Positions 1 through 8,796 of a DNA stretch of 64,000 nucleotides are shown here, in pieces. The notes beneath the pieces are model-generated. The model searched no databases. It was not told where the DNA came from and saw nothing but the letters and a program-made list of their open reading frames with translations. Position numbers and translations under genes: made by a program. The DNA is from an uncultured Chloroflexia bacterium (GTDB lineage: Bacteria > Chloroflexota > Limnocylindria > QHBO01). Every line of letters starts with the position of its first letter. The stretch's first letter is position 1. The stretch covers positions 412,876 to 476,875 of the forward strand of contig CAWJOA010000005.1 in NCBI GenBank assembly GCA_963844415.1, given 5' to 3'.

Positions 1-648
1 CTCACGCTCGAGCTGCCGGCCGTTCTCGTCGCGCGGCTCGGTCGAGCGTCCCCACTCCTCAATCGGCCGCTCCACGAAGCTACGGCCGAAGAGGCGCATC
101 GCTGCCCGGTTGCCGTACGTCCCGCGCAGCTCGCTGTCATACACGATCAGCGGCTCGGGGATGGCCTCGGCCACCTCCTCGAGCCGTGCGCGGTCGCGCT
201 CCGCCTCTGCGTGCGCCTGCTCGAGGAGCACGCCGCTGGCCGCGATCCGCTCGCGCTCGGCCTCGAGGCGCTGCTCCGCGGCCCGACTGGCGTCGAGGGC
301 GTCCGCCGCGACTGCGCGCGCCGTCTCGGCGCGGTTGACGAGGTAGACCAGGGCCGGCGCGCCGAAGACGAACGCGCCGAAGCGAACGAGGTCGCTCGTG
401 TCCAGGGACTGGACGCCACCGGGCTGGACGAGGACGAGCGCGAAGACGGTGGCTGCGCCGGCGACGTAGGCGGCGAGCGCGGCCAATGCCCCGAGACCCA
501 GGCCGACGAGGCCGATGGCCAGCACGAGGAGGACGACGTACGGCAGGTGCCGACCGTCGGGCCCGGCCAGCCAGGCCCCGACGAGCGTTGCGGCCACGCC
601 GACGGCGGCCCCGATCAGCGGCGCCTGCGCCTGACCGACGCGCTCCAT
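1..648 (-). CDS. Sensor protein (probable histidine kinase), N-terminal part: TM helices, coiled coil, start of PAS domain; continues beyond window start
   Basis: Absent from the ORF track because it runs off the window. Reverse-strand ATG at 648-646 opens 216 codons down to position 1 (MERVGQAQAPLIGAAVGVAATLVGAWLAG...EEVAEAIPEPLIVYDSELRGTYGNRAAMRLFG). GC3 is high. It starts 3 nt after the stop of the upstream J-domain gene. Confidence 0.55.
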   Translation of the reverse strand, partial: MERVGQAQAPLIGAAVGVAATLVGAWLAGPDGRHLPYVVLLVLAIGLVGLGLGALAALAAYVAGAATVFALVLVQPGGVQSLDTSDLVRFGAFVFGAPALVYLVNRAETARAVAADALDASRAAEQRLEAERERIAASGVLLEQAHAEAERDRARLEEVAEAIPEPLIVYDSELRGTYGNRAAMRLFGRSFVERPIEEWGRSTEPRDENGRQLERE

Positions 649-651
649 CGC

Positions 652-1788
652 TCAGCCCGCCGCGGCCAGGCCGCGCCGCCGGGCGCGCGCGAGGCGCTCG
701 CGCGCGGTGGCGATTCGTTTGAGCGGGCCGGTCACGCGACGGCGGTCGAGGGCCTCGGGATGCTCGCCGCGCGCGATCTCGGCGAGCAGGGTCGACGCCC
801 GGTCGAGCTGCCCGGCCTCGGTGAGCAGCTGGACGAGGCTGAACCAGCGGCCAGCCTCGCTGACCGGTGCCCGCACCACGCGCTCGACGAGCTCGGTTGC
901 CCGTTCCGTGTTGCGCGCCCGACGGTGCGCGACGATCGCGGCACGGTAATCGGTGAAGCTCGGCTCGAGGCCGATCGACTCGAGGAAGTTGAGGAGCAGC
1001 TCGGCGTTCTCGGCGCGCTGGGCCGGCGCGCCGCGCCGGACGTGCTGGTCGCGGTACTCGCCCAGCAGGACGCGCAGCTCGCGATCGGCCCAGCGTCGCT
1101 GCGGCGAGTCGGGCGGATGACCCTCCGCGATGCCGGCCACGACCATCGCGCCGCGCAGCTCCTCGCCGGCGGCGATATACGCCTCGCGCAGGCCGGCGTC
1201 CACGATCTCGGCCATCGGCGGGTCCTGGTCGAGCATGAGCTCCAGGGCGCCGAGCATGTCGTCGGTCCGGCCGCGCTCCCCGTAGTGACGGGCCGCGAAA
1301 CGCAGCCAGTAGCGCTGGGTGTGCTCGCGCCAGTCCTCGCCGGCGATGTGGTGATCGATGATCCATCGGTCCTGGGCGGTCGGCCCGGCCAGGAAGACCT
1401 CGGCCGGGACGCGGAAGCCGGAGACCCAGCGCCACTGCGGCTGGTGCCACGGGCTCGGCTCCTCGACCCGCGGCCGCCGCGCCCGACGCCGGGTGGCGCG
1501 CCGAGCCTCCCCGGGGTCCAGCGGCCAGTCGAGCGTCGCGGCGGTGCCGTTCTCGAGGGCGTGGTCGTAGTGGAGCCGGCGAACCGGGTCGCGCAGCTCG
1601 GCCCACGCCCGGTTCAGTGTCGACGTCCGCCGCGTCGCCACCTCCGACGACGGTGCGCGATCGGGATGGTGGCGGAGCACCGCCCCGCGGAAGGCAGCGC
1701 GCAACTGCGCGGCGGACGCCGACGGCTCGGCGCCGAGCACCTCGTAGTAGTCGCGCTCTTCGGTCTGCATCGGCTCCGACGGGGGCAT
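652..1788 (-). CDS. J-domain (DnaJ-like) protein with ~300-aa helical C-terminal region
   Basis: Lies inside track ORF 652..2529(-). DYYEVLGAEPSASAAQLRAAFRGAVLRHHPDRAP is a J domain with the HPD motif. Start set at ATG 1788 because TAGACT sits 7 nt upstream on the coding strand. ATG 1770 is an alternative. Confidence 0.75.
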   Translation of the reverse strand: MPPSEPMQTEERDYYEVLGAEPSASAAQLRAAFRGAVLRHHPDRAPSSEVATRRTSTLNRAWAELRDPVRRLHYDHALENGTAATLDWPLDPGEARRATRRRARRPRVEEPSPWHQPQWRWVSGFRVPAEVFLAGPTAQDRWIIDHHIAGEDWREHTQRYWLRFAARHYGERGRTDDMLGALELMLDQDPPMAEIVDAGLREAYIAAGEELRGAMVVAGIAEGHPPDSPQRRWADRELRVLLGEYRDQHVRRGAPAQRAENAELLLNFLESIGLEPSFTDYRAAIVAHRRARNTERATELVERVVRAPVSEAGRWFSLVQLLTEAGQLDRASTLLAEIARGEHPEALDRRRVTGPLKRIATARERLARARRRGLAAAG

Positions 1789-1822
1789 CCGATCGAGTCT
1801 AGCGTTCGGTATGCTGCGCGCC

Positions 1823-2815
1823 ATGCCTGCCACGCCCAGCCCCGGGCAGGCCCGGGCCGGCCATCTTCTCATCATCGGCGGGGCCGAGGACAAGCTCCGC
1901 CAGCGCCAGATCCTGGCGCGCTTCGTGTCGCTGGCCGGCGGCGCCGAAGCTCGGGTCGTCGTCATCTCGACGGCCTCCTCGCTGGGCGACGAGGCGACCG
2001 ACCTGTACCTGTCGCTGTTCCGGCAGATGGGGATCGCCGACGTGCGCGGCATGCGCCCGCTCGTGCGCGACGACGCCAACGACAAGCGGCTCGTCGCCCC
2101 GCTCGACGACGCGACCGGGATCTTCATGACCGGCGGCAACCAGCTGCGCCTGTCGAGCGTGATCGCCGGCACGTTCCTCGGCAGGACGCTCGTCGAGCGG
2201 CACAAGCACGGCGCGATCGTGGCCGGCACGAGCGCCGGCGCATCGGCCATCGCCAGCCACATGGTGGCGTTCGGGACAAGCGGCGCCACGCCGAAGCAGC
2301 GCATGACCCAGATGAGCGCGGGGCTCGGCCTGCTGCCCGGCGTGCTCATCGACCAGCACTTCGAACAGCGCAACCGATTCGGGCGCCTGCTCGCGCTCGT
2401 TGCCCAGTCGCCGGCACTGCTCGGCATCGGCATCGACGAGGACACCGCGGCGCTCGTGAGCCCGAAGGGGATCGCCGAGGTGCTCGGCAAGGGCGCGATC
2501 ACCATCCTCGACCCGGCAAACATCCGCACCGATGCCTACGAGGTCAAGCGGCATCGGCCGATCATGGTCTCCGGCGTCATCCTCCACTCGCTGCCATCGG
2601 GCTATCGGTTCGACCTGCGCAAGCGCAAGCTGATGGCGCCGCTGCGCCCGGTGAGCGCCACCGATCGCGAGCTCGCCAGCCTCCAGGCCGCAACGATCGC
2701 CACCCGCCGGCTCATCCGCACGATCGCGGCCGAGGGCGCCGACGACACCGCGCCCGAGCGCGCCCGCCGCCGCGCCGTGCGCGCGCGCCGCGTCGAGGAG
2801 GAGGCCAGCGAATGA
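1823..2815 (+). CDS. cphB: Cyanophycinase (S51 peptidase)
   Basis: Track ORF 1811..2815. Motifs HLLIIGGAED, FMTGGNQLRL, AGTSAGASA, LIDQHFEQRNRFGRL. ATG 1823 is preferred (TATGCT-N7-ATG); ATG 1811 lies inside that -10 box. The stop overlaps the cphA start (ATGA at 2812-2815). Confidence 0.9.
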   Translation: MPATPSPGQARAGHLLIIGGAEDKLRQRQILARFVSLAGGAEARVVVISTASSLGDEATDLYLSLFRQMGIADVRGMRPLVRDDANDKRLVAPLDDATGIFMTGGNQLRLSSVIAGTFLGRTLVERHKHGAIVAGTSAGASAIASHMVAFGTSGATPKQRMTQMSAGLGLLPGVLIDQHFEQRNRFGRLLALVAQSPALLGIGIDEDTAALVSPKGIAEVLGKGAITILDPANIRTDAYEVKRHRPIMVSGVILHSLPSGYRFDLRKRKLMAPLRPVSATDRELASLQAATIATRRLIRTIAAEGADDTAPERARRRAVRARRVEEEASE

Positions 2816-5631
2816 CGGCCACGAACAACCGCGCCAACGCTCGTCGGGAGCGAACGGCCGCCGGCGCGCCGCCCGGATCGGTCCCGAAGGCGGAGCTGAC
2901 GATCGTCGAGACCCGGGTCTTCCGCGGCCCGAACTACTGGAACTACGACCCGGCCATCAAGCTCGTCGTCGACCTCGGCATCCTCGAGCACTACCCGACG
3001 AACACGATCCCCGGCTTCACCATCGCGTTGCTCGAGATGCTGCCCGCCGTCGGCCAACACACCTGCGGGACGGGGCGCGTTGGCGGCTTCTCCGACCGGC
3101 TGCGCGACGGCACCTGGGTCGGGCACGTCGCCGAGCACATCGCCCTCCAGCTCCAGCGCGAGGCCGGCACCGAGGTCGGCCGCGGCAAGACGCGCGGCAC
3201 CGGTGAGCCGGGGCAGTACCACGTGGTCTACTCGTACGCCGAGGAGGGCGTCGGCGTCGCCGCCGGCAAGCTCGCCGTGCGCCTCGTCAACCACCTCGTC
3301 GAGGCCGAGCCGGACTTCGACTTCGGCGCCGAGCTCGAGCGCCTCATCCTGCTGGCGGAGCGCCTCGCGTTCGGGCCCTCGACGCAGGCCATCCTCGACG
3401 AGGCCGCGCTGCGCGACATCCCGTCGATCCGCCTCAACGACCAGTCGCTCGTCCAGCTCGGCCACGGCATCCACCAGAAGCGCATCCGCGCCACGATGAC
3501 CTCGCTGACCGGGTCGCTCGGCGTCGACATCGCCGGGGACAAGAAGCTCACGAACAAGCTGCTGGCGGCGACCGGCGTGCCGGTTCCGCGCGCGGAGACC
3601 GTCCGCAACGCCGATGCGGCGGTGGCCGCCGCGACGCGCATCGGCTTCCCGGTGGCGATGAAGCCCCTCGACGGCAACCACGGGCGCGGCGTGATGCTCA
3701 ACCTCGCCGACGAGGAGGCCGTTCGCGCCGCCTACGCGGTCGCGCGCCGGGAGAGCCGCGGCGGCACGGTGGTCGTCGAGACGTTCCTCACCGGCAACGA
3801 CTATCGGTGCCTCGTCATCGGTGGCACGCTGGTCGCGGTGGCGCAGCGGGTGCCGGCCCACGTGGAGGGCGACGGGGAGCATTCCCTCGCGGAGCTCGTC
3901 GAGATCACGAACACCGACCCGCGCCGCGGCATCGGTCACGAGAAGGTCCTGACGCGCATCAAGGTCGACGACGAGGCGATCGCCTACGCCCGCGAGCAGG
4001 GCTTCGAGTTGAGCGACGTGCCGCCGCGCTCGCAGCGGGTCTACCTCAAGCGCACCGGCAACATGAGCACCGGCGGCATCAGCATCGATCGCACCGAGGA
4101 GGCGCATCCCGACAACGTCGAGCTGGCCGAGCTTGCGGCGCAGGTCGTGGGGCTCGACATCGCCGGGATCGACCTCATCTGCCCCGACGTCGGGCTGCCG
4201 GTCCGCGAGACGGGCGGCGGGATCGTCGAGGTCAACGCCGCGCCGGGCTTCCGGATGCACACGCACCCGACCGAGGGCGAGGCGCAGTACGTCGCCAAGC
4301 CGGTGATCGACATGCTCTTCCCGCCGGGAGCGCCGTCGCGCATTCCGATCGTCGCGGTGACCGGCTCGAACGGCAAGACGACGACCGCCCGGATGATCAG
4401 TCACATCATGAAGGGCATGGGCCGCAAGGTCGGCCTCACGTCGACCGATGGCATCTACGTCGACGGCCGGATCGTGCGCAAGGCGGACGCATCGGGCCCG
4501 AAGTCCGCGTCGATGGTGCTCCAGAACCCGACCGTCGACCTGGCCGTCTTCGAGGTCGCCCGCGGCGGCATCCTGCGCGAGGGCCTCGGCTACCACCGCA
4601 ACGACGTCGCCGTCGTGATCAACGTGACCGGAGACCACCTGGGGCTGGGCGGCATCCACTCGATCCGCCAGCTGGCCGAGGTCAAGCGCGTCGTCGTCGA
4701 GGCCGTTCCCCGCGACGGCGTGGCCGTGCTCAACGCAGATGACCCCCTTGTGGCTGCGATGGCGCGCCACTGCTCCGGCTCGGTCATCTACTTCAGCACC
4801 GATCCTGAGCACGAGCGCCTGAAGTTCCAGGCCGCCCGCGGGCGCCGCGCGGTGACGCTGGAGCAGGGTCGCAACGGCGAGATGATCGTCCTGCGCCAGG
4901 GACGCAAGTCGATGTCGCTGGTGTGGACCCACCTGATTCCCGCGACGTTCGAGGGCCGCGCGCGGATGAACGTCCAGAACGCGCTGGCCGCCACCGGCGC
5001 AGCGTGGGCCGCCGGGGCCCATCTCCACGACATCCGCCAGGGCCTGCGCACGTTCACGACGTCGTACTACATGGCGCCGGGCCGGATGAACATGTTCGAG
5101 CTCGACGGCTACCGCGTCGTCGTCGACTACGCCCACAACCCGCCAGCGCTGCGGGCCGTCGGCGACTTCGTCGAGCGCCTGACCGTGCCGTCGCCGGGTG
5201 GCGCCCGCGCCCCGGTCACCGGCCGCCGGATCGGCGTGGTGGCCACGGCCGGCGACCGCCGCGACGAGGACATCCGCGAGATCGGTCGCGTGGCGGCGGG
5301 CATCTTCGACGAGATCATCATCCGCGAGGACGAGAACAACCGCGGCCGGCCGCGCGGCAACACCGCGGAGCTGATCGCGGAGGGAATCGAGTCAGCCGGC
5401 GCCGAGCGTCGCGCCACCTCGGTCTCAACGTCGCTCGTCGAGCTGGAGGCCACCCGCGAGGCACTCGACCGCGCCACCGATGGCGACGTCGTGGTCGTCT
5501 GCGTCGATCACGCCAACCAGGTCTGGAAGGAGCTCCAGCGCCGCCAGCACGGCGGAGCCAGCGAGACCGATGGACTCCGCGCCGTCGTCGGCATCCCGGA
5601 CGCCGACGACGAGGTCGACATCGAGGTTTAG
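2812..5631 (+). CDS. cphA: Cyanophycin synthetase, 939 aa (N domain, ATP-grasp G domain, Mur-ligase-like M domain)
   Basis: C-terminal 940 codons of track ORF 211..5631. Motifs IVETRVFRGPNYWNYDPAIKLVVDLG, GDKKLTNKLLAATGVPVP, VTGSNGKTTTARMI, ARGGILREGLGY, DYAHNPPAL, ATAGDRRDED. The frame is intact. Confidence 0.95.
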   Translation: MTATNNRANARRERTAAGAPPGSVPKAELTIVETRVFRGPNYWNYDPAIKLVVDLGILEHYPTNTIPGFTIALLEMLPAVGQHTCGTGRVGGFSDRLRDGTWVGHVAEHIALQLQREAGTEVGRGKTRGTGEPGQYHVVYSYAEEGVGVAAGKLAVRLVNHLVEAEPDFDFGAELERLILLAERLAFGPSTQAILDEAALRDIPSIRLNDQSLVQLGHGIHQKRIRATMTSLTGSLGVDIAGDKKLTNKLLAATGVPVPRAETVRNADAAVAAATRIGFPVAMKPLDGNHGRGVMLNLADEEAVRAAYAVARRESRGGTVVVETFLTGNDYRCLVIGGTLVAVAQRVPAHVEGDGEHSLAELVEITNTDPRRGIGHEKVLTRIKVDDEAIAYAREQGFELSDVPPRSQRVYLKRTGNMSTGGISIDRTEEAHPDNVELAELAAQVVGLDIAGIDLICPDVGLPVRETGGGIVEVNAAPGFRMHTHPTEGEAQYVAKPVIDMLFPPGAPSRIPIVAVTGSNGKTTTARMISHIMKGMGRKVGLTSTDGIYVDGRIVRKADASGPKSASMVLQNPTVDLAVFEVARGGILREGLGYHRNDVAVVINVTGDHLGLGGIHSIRQLAEVKRVVVEAVPRDGVAVLNADDPLVAAMARHCSGSVIYFSTDPEHERLKFQAARGRRAVTLEQGRNGEMIVLRQGRKSMSLVWTHLIPATFEGRARMNVQNALAATGAAWAAGAHLHDIRQGLRTFTTSYYMAPGRMNMFELDGYRVVVDYAHNPPALRAVGDFVERLTVPSPGGARAPVTGRRIGVVATAGDRRDEDIREIGRVAAGIFDEIIIREDENNRGRPRGNTAELIAEGIESAGAERRATSVSTSLVELEATREALDRATDGDVVVVCVDHANQVWKELQRRQHGGASETDGLRAVVGIPDADDEVDIEV

Positions 5632-5632
5632 A

Positions 5633-7237
5633 TCACCGGTCCTGCGTGAGACGCCGCAATCGATCGAAGTCCACCGGGCGGAAGCCCTCGCCCTCGAGCC
5701 ACCCGAAGAGCTCGGCGCGCTCGACATGGGCCATGACCGCGCAGACGTCGCCGCGATCGGCCCGCGCGATGAGCGCCTGGAGCGACGAGAGCTCCGTCGG
5801 GAAGTCCTCGATCGCGCTGGCGTAGCCGCCCTCTCGCGCACCCGAGCGAAGGATCTCGTTCATCTCGTCGAGGTCGCGGCCGCGCAGGTAGTGGCGCTTC
5901 TCGCAGATGACGAGGTCGTCGGCGGCTGCGGCGAGGACGCCCAGGCGGTGGAGGATCTCATCGGTGCGGTCGCCGGCGGTGCCATAGGCGAGCCGCACCT
6001 TGTGCTGACCGGCCACGGCACGCGCAACGTCCATCAACCCGGCCAGGCCGGCCTCGTTGTGGGCGAAGTCGACGATGGCGAACACGCCGTCGCGCTCGAA
6101 CAGGTTCAGGCGGCCGGGGTTGGCCGAGCGATCGACGCCGAAGGACCGCAGGCCGGCCTTGATCTGGCGCGTCGTCAGCCCGAGCGCATCGCAGGCCGCG
6201 GCCGCAGCCAGCGCGTTGGCGATGTTGTGACGCGACAGCCCGCCCACCGTGACCGGCAGCTCGGCCGCCTCGAGCAGCCGGCGCGGCCGCTTCGTCGCCC
6301 CGTGCAGCACGATCCAGCCGTCCTCGAGGGTCGCCGCCCGGCCGCGATGCCGGAGCGCGCGACGGACCTCATCGGTCCGGCCCTCCATGCTGAAAGCGAA
6401 GACGCGGGCGCGGGTCGCGCGGCGCATGCCCCAGGCACGCGGATCGTCGGCGTTCAGCACCGCCCAGCCGTCGCGTTTCGTGATGCGCACGACGGTCGAC
6501 TTCACGTCGGCGAGCTCGTCGACGGTGTCGATCCCCTGCAGGCCGAGGTGGTCGGCGCTGACATTGGTGACGACGCTCACGTCGTTTGACGCGTAGCCGA
6601 TGCCACGCAGCAGGATGCCGCCCCGCGCTGTTTCGAGGATCGCGACGTCCAGGCCATGCTCCGAGAGGATCCGCTCAGCCCCGCCGAAGCCGGTCCAGTC
6701 CCCCGCCTCGACCAGCTCGCCGCGCACGTAGATCCCGTCCGAGTTCGTCATTCCCACGTCCATGCCCGCCGTGGCGCAGACGTGGGCGACCAGCCGGGTC
6801 GTCGTGCTCTTCCCGTTCGTGCCGGTGATCGCCACGATCGGGATGCGCGGCTTCGGCAGGTGCGCCAGCTGCCCCAGCGCCATCGCCCGCAGCCCACCGA
6901 GCTCACGCTTGTAGGTCGAGCGCCCGAGGGCAATGCGCGTGGCCGAGGCGCCGATCGCCTGCGAGATCGTCCGCCGTCGCCACGGAAAGGCGATCGCCGA
7001 ACGCAGGTCGTCGACCGAATCGCGCGTCGCCAGTCTCGGCTCCGGCAAGCCCAGCTCCGTTGACAGCCGACGCACCGCTCGCCCGGCCGCCTCGGTCACG
7101 CGCGCCGCGTCGCCCGGCTGCACCCCGGCGAACTCGAGCTTCACCGCGGGCCGCGAGAAGAATCGGTTCGGCCCATCCAGCACCCGGAGCTCCACGAGCT
7201 CCACGTCGCGCCCGCGGCGTCCGACCTTCGGCGGCAT
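5633..7237 (-). CDS. CphA paralogue without ATP-grasp domain (CphA-type N-terminal segment fused directly to Mur-ligase M/C domains), 534 aa
   Basis: Track ORF 5633..7444(-), start ATG 7237. VELVELRVLDGPNRFFSRPAVKLEF resembles the CphA N-terminus. It is followed directly by ITGTNGKSTT and blocks close to the CphA M domain: ARGGILLRGIGYASNDVSVVTNVSADHLGLQGI, GRLNLFERDGVFAIVDFAHNEAGL, GTAGDRTDE. TATACT-N7-ATG precedes the start. Its stop is 1 nt from the cphA stop. Confidence 0.8.
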   Translation of the reverse strand: MPPKVGRRGRDVELVELRVLDGPNRFFSRPAVKLEFAGVQPGDAARVTEAAGRAVRRLSTELGLPEPRLATRDSVDDLRSAIAFPWRRRTISQAIGASATRIALGRSTYKRELGGLRAMALGQLAHLPKPRIPIVAITGTNGKSTTTRLVAHVCATAGMDVGMTNSDGIYVRGELVEAGDWTGFGGAERILSEHGLDVAILETARGGILLRGIGYASNDVSVVTNVSADHLGLQGIDTVDELADVKSTVVRITKRDGWAVLNADDPRAWGMRRATRARVFAFSMEGRTDEVRRALRHRGRAATLEDGWIVLHGATKRPRRLLEAAELPVTVGGLSRHNIANALAAAAACDALGLTTRQIKAGLRSFGVDRSANPGRLNLFERDGVFAIVDFAHNEAGLAGLMDVARAVAGQHKVRLAYGTAGDRTDEILHRLGVLAAAADDLVICEKRHYLRGRDLDEMNEILRSGAREGGYASAIEDFPTELSSLQALIARADRGDVCAVMAHVERAELFGWLEGEGFRPVDFDRLRRLTQDR

Positions 7238-7259
7238 GCGCGTGAGTATATTGACGGCC
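7238..7259. promoter_or_regulatory. 22-bp divergent intergenic region with overlapping -10 boxes (leaderless mRNAs predicted in both directions)
   Basis: On the + strand, TATATT (7247-7252) is followed by 7 nt and ATG 7260. On the - strand, TATACT (complement of 7245-7250) is followed by 7 nt and ATG 7237. This is the only AT-rich patch in the region. Confidence 0.4.
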
Positions 7260-8427
7260 ATGCCCGATCCCGCCGCGCTGTCGCGCATCGTCGAGTCGCG
7301 CCTCCCCCGCTTCCTGGCCGAGCTCGAGCAGCTCGTGAACATCGACTGCGGCTCGTACACGCCCGACGGCGTCAACCGCGTCGCCGACTTCGTGACCGAT
7401 GCGCTCCAGTCCCTCGGCGCGACCGTCGAGCGCACGCCGCACACAGCCGGCCGCTGACCAGCCGCAGCTCGGCGACCTCGTCGTCGGCCGGTTGGATGGC
7501 GACGGCCCGCGCCTGCTGCTCATCGGTCACATGGACACCGTCTTCGACCCGGGCACGGCCGCGCTGCGGCCGTATCGGTCCGATGGTGGGAAGGCGTTCG
7601 GACCCGGCGTGACCGATATGAAGGCCGGGCTCCTGGCTGGCCTCCACGCCGTCGGTGCGTTGGCCGACGCCGGCGAGCGGCCGGCGATCACGTTCGTCGC
7701 CAACCCGGACGAGGAGATCGGCTCGCCGTTCAGCACCCCGGTCATCCGTTCGTTGGCGCCGGAGCACGACGCCGTGCTCGTCCTCGAGTGCGCGCGGGCG
7801 AACGGCGACATCGTGTCCGCCCGCAAGGGCATCGCCGACTACCACGTGACGATCACCGGCCGCGCCGCGCACGCCGGCGTCGAGCCGGAGAAGGGCCGAT
7901 CGGCGATCCTCGAGGCCGCGCACCAGGTCGTTGCGTTGCATGCGCTCAACGGCCGATGGCCCACCGTCACCGTCAACGCCGGCGTCATCCACGGCGGCAC
8001 ACGGCCGAACGTCGTGCCCGAGCGCTGCTCGCTCGAGGTGGATCTCCGCGCGGCGACCGTCGACGCCTTCGACGCGGCGGCGGCCGAGATCGAGCGGCTC
8101 GCGTCGGCGCCAACCGTGCCCGATGTGTCCGTATCGCTGACGCGGACCGCGGGCCATCCGCCGATGGAGAAGACTGATGCTTCCGCCCGGCTGGTGGCGC
8201 TGGCGGTGGGGATCGCCGGCGAGCTCGGCTTCGAGCTCCGCGATGCCGCCACCGGCGGAGCCTCCGATGCCAACACCACCGCGGCACTGGGCATCCCCAC
8301 GTTGGACGGCCTGGGACCGGTCGGCGGCGACGATCACTCCGTCGACGAATGGCTGGACCTCGACAGCGTCGTGCCGCGGACGGCGCTGCTGGCAGGGCTC
8401 ATGTCGCGCATCGGTCTAGCGGTCTAG
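7260..8427 (+). CDS. M20 family metallopeptidase (carboxypeptidase G2 / deacylase-like), frame broken once
   Basis: The N-terminus MPDPAALSRIVESRLPRFLAELEQLVNIDCGSYTPDGVNRVADFV...VERTPHTAG (frame of ATG 7260) ends at TGA 7455-7457. The rest (QLGDLVVGRLDGDGPRLLLIGHMDTVF...GGASDAN) is track ORF 7399..8427 in the +1 frame. This implies a one-nt-scale indel near 7446-7457. Confidence 0.75.
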
Positions 8428-8430
8428 GAC

Positions 8431-8458
8431 GCCGGCGTATATACCTATATACTCCGGC
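8431..8458. promoter_or_regulatory. AT-rich palindrome overlapping a -10 box: candidate operator/promoter of the RHH gene
   Basis: GCCGGCGTATATA-cc-TATATACTCCGGC, with 12 of 13 arm positions complementary. TATACT (8448-8453) is followed by 7 nt and ATG 8461. Confidence 0.45.
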
Positions 8459-8460
8459 GC

Positions 8461-8652
8461 ATGCCAGCCAAACGTGTCCTCATCTCGATCGACGAGCGGA
8501 TCCTCGCGCGCATCGACGACGCCGCCCAGCGCACCGGCCAGACCCGCAGCGGCTTCCTCGCGCAAGCGGCCATGGCCCAGATCGAGGGTCCCGGCACGCA
8601 GCCGGGCTCCAAGGACTCCCTGCGCGCGCTCGACGACCTCGCGAAGCGGTGA
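8461..8652 (+). CDS. Ribbon-helix-helix (CopG/MetJ-type) antitoxin-like protein, 63 aa
   Basis: Track ORF 8461..8652. KRVLISIDERILARIDDAAQRTGQTRSGFLAQAA fits the RHH strand-helix-helix pattern. Confidence 0.7.
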   Translation: MPAKRVLISIDERILARIDDAAQRTGQTRSGFLAQAAMAQIEGPGTQPGSKDSLRALDDLAKR

Positions 8653-8741
8653 AGCGGGTCGTCCTGCACCCGTCCGCCTTCGCGGACTGGTTCGAGGACG
8701 GTGGCACGCCACATCCTGGCTGGATGTGCCGATCGCGGTGA
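8649..8741 (+). pseudogene. Possible remnant of a cognate PIN/VapC-like toxin, truncated
   Basis: GTG 8649 overlaps the RHH stop (GTGA). VKRVVLHPSAFADWFEDGG resembles a VapC N-terminus with the first acidic residue changed. It stops after 30 codons, and only ~140 nt remain before the next promoter. Confidence 0.3.
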
Positions 8742-8796
8742 GCGATCCCGAGCTGCGGCGGCCGCTCAAGACCCTGCCCCAAGCTGTCTAGTCCCT

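Noticed and set aside
137-2811. Long track ORFs 137..1606(-), the first 2.6 kb of 211..5631(+), and the 5' extension of 652..2529(-)
   Set aside because: They are Arg/Pro/Ala-rich shadow frames typical of ~70% GC DNA. They overlap genes with clear motifs (sensor, J-domain protein, cphB), and none of them carries a motif of its own.
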